Source: Felis catus
Taxonomy: Eukaryota
DNA: 64,000 nucleotides
Reading direction: 5' to 3'
NCBI RefSeq assembly: GCF_018350175.1
Contig: NC_058371.1
Span: 112,778,001 to 112,842,000 of the forward strand
Made by a program: the position numbers and the translations under genes. The stretch's first letter is position 1. Every line of letters starts with the position of its first letter. Of this stretch, positions 63,388 to 64,000 are shown piece by piece. The notes below the pieces were generated by a model, which was not told the DNA's origin, searched no databases, and worked only from the letters and a program-made list of their open reading frames with translations.

Positions 63388-64000
63388 TAGTACATAGTGA
63401 AGCAATGATTTCAGTAGATTCCTTAATGCCCCTTACCCATTTAGCCCATCCCCCCTCCCACAACCCCTCCAGCAACCCTCAGTTGTTCTCCATGTTTATG
63501 AGTCTCTTCTGTTTTGTACCCCTCCCTGTTTTTATATTATTTTTGCTTCCCTTCCCTTATGTTCATCTGTTTTGTCTCTTAAAGTCCTCATATGAGTGAA
63601 GTCATATGGTTTTTGTCTTTCTCTGACTAATTTCAATTAGCACAATACCCTCTAGTNNNNNNNNNNNNNNNNNNNNNNNNNNNNNNNNNNNNNNNNNNNN
63701 NNNNNNNNNNNNNNNNNNNNNNNNNNNNNNNNNNNNNNNNNNNNNNNNNNNNNNNNNNNNNNNNNNNNNNNNNNNNNNNNNNNNNTGGCTATTGTTGATA
63801 GTGCTGCTATAAACATGGGGGTGCATGTGTCCCTTTGAAACAGCACACCTGTATCTCTTGGATAAATGCCTAGTAGTGCAATTGCTGGGTCGTAGGGTAG
63901 TTCTATTTTTAGTTTTTTGAGAAACCTCCATACTGTTTTCCAGAGTGGCTGTACCAGCGTGCATTCCCACCAACAATGCAAAGGAGATCCTTTCTCCGCA
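63388..64000 (-). mobile_element. LINE-1 (carnivore/felid L1), ORF2 C-terminus plus 3' UTR, running off the window edge
   Basis: ORF 63652-63981 reads [40 protein letters not shown]...CTPMFIAALSTIA, the canonical L1 ORF2 C-terminus. Interrupted by a gap. Confidence 0.95.
63657..63785. other. Assembly gap (N)
   Basis: Run of N. Confidence 1.

Noticed and set aside
21768-64000. ORFs containing long X runs
   Set aside because: Artefacts of translating through N gaps.
1-64000. A novel multi-gene biological system (defence island, operon, RNA array)
   Set aside because: This is mammalian intergenic, promoter and intronic DNA with no intact coding genes, structured RNA genes or ordered arrays. 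Nothing supports such a claim.

Overview
Mammalian genomic DNA, almost certainly from a felid: about 40 tRNA-derived CAN-SINE (SINEC) copies with cat-type sequence and one carnivore L1 3' end. It is a draft assembly with 7 N gaps. I find no intact protein-coding exon. The left ~31 kb is repeat-rich intergenic DNA (SINEC, MLT1/MER21 and other LTRs, L1, L2, MIR, MER DNA transposons). It contains one recognisable gene relic: a disabled, isolated copy of the first coding exon of LDAF1/TMEM159 at ~4.55-4.77 kb. A ~3.2 kb CpG island at ~31.4-34.6 kb carries several + strand splice-donor motifs. It most likely marks the promoter and alternative non-coding first exons of a gene I cannot name, and the remaining ~30 kb reads like its first intron. 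Nearly all ORFs in the supplied track are artefacts of SINEs, N gaps or GC-rich DNA. I see no CRISPR array, operon or other evidence of a new biological system; the findings are modest genome-evolution and regulatory observations. Repeat family names and protein matches are from recall, not database searches, and repeat boundaries are approximate.
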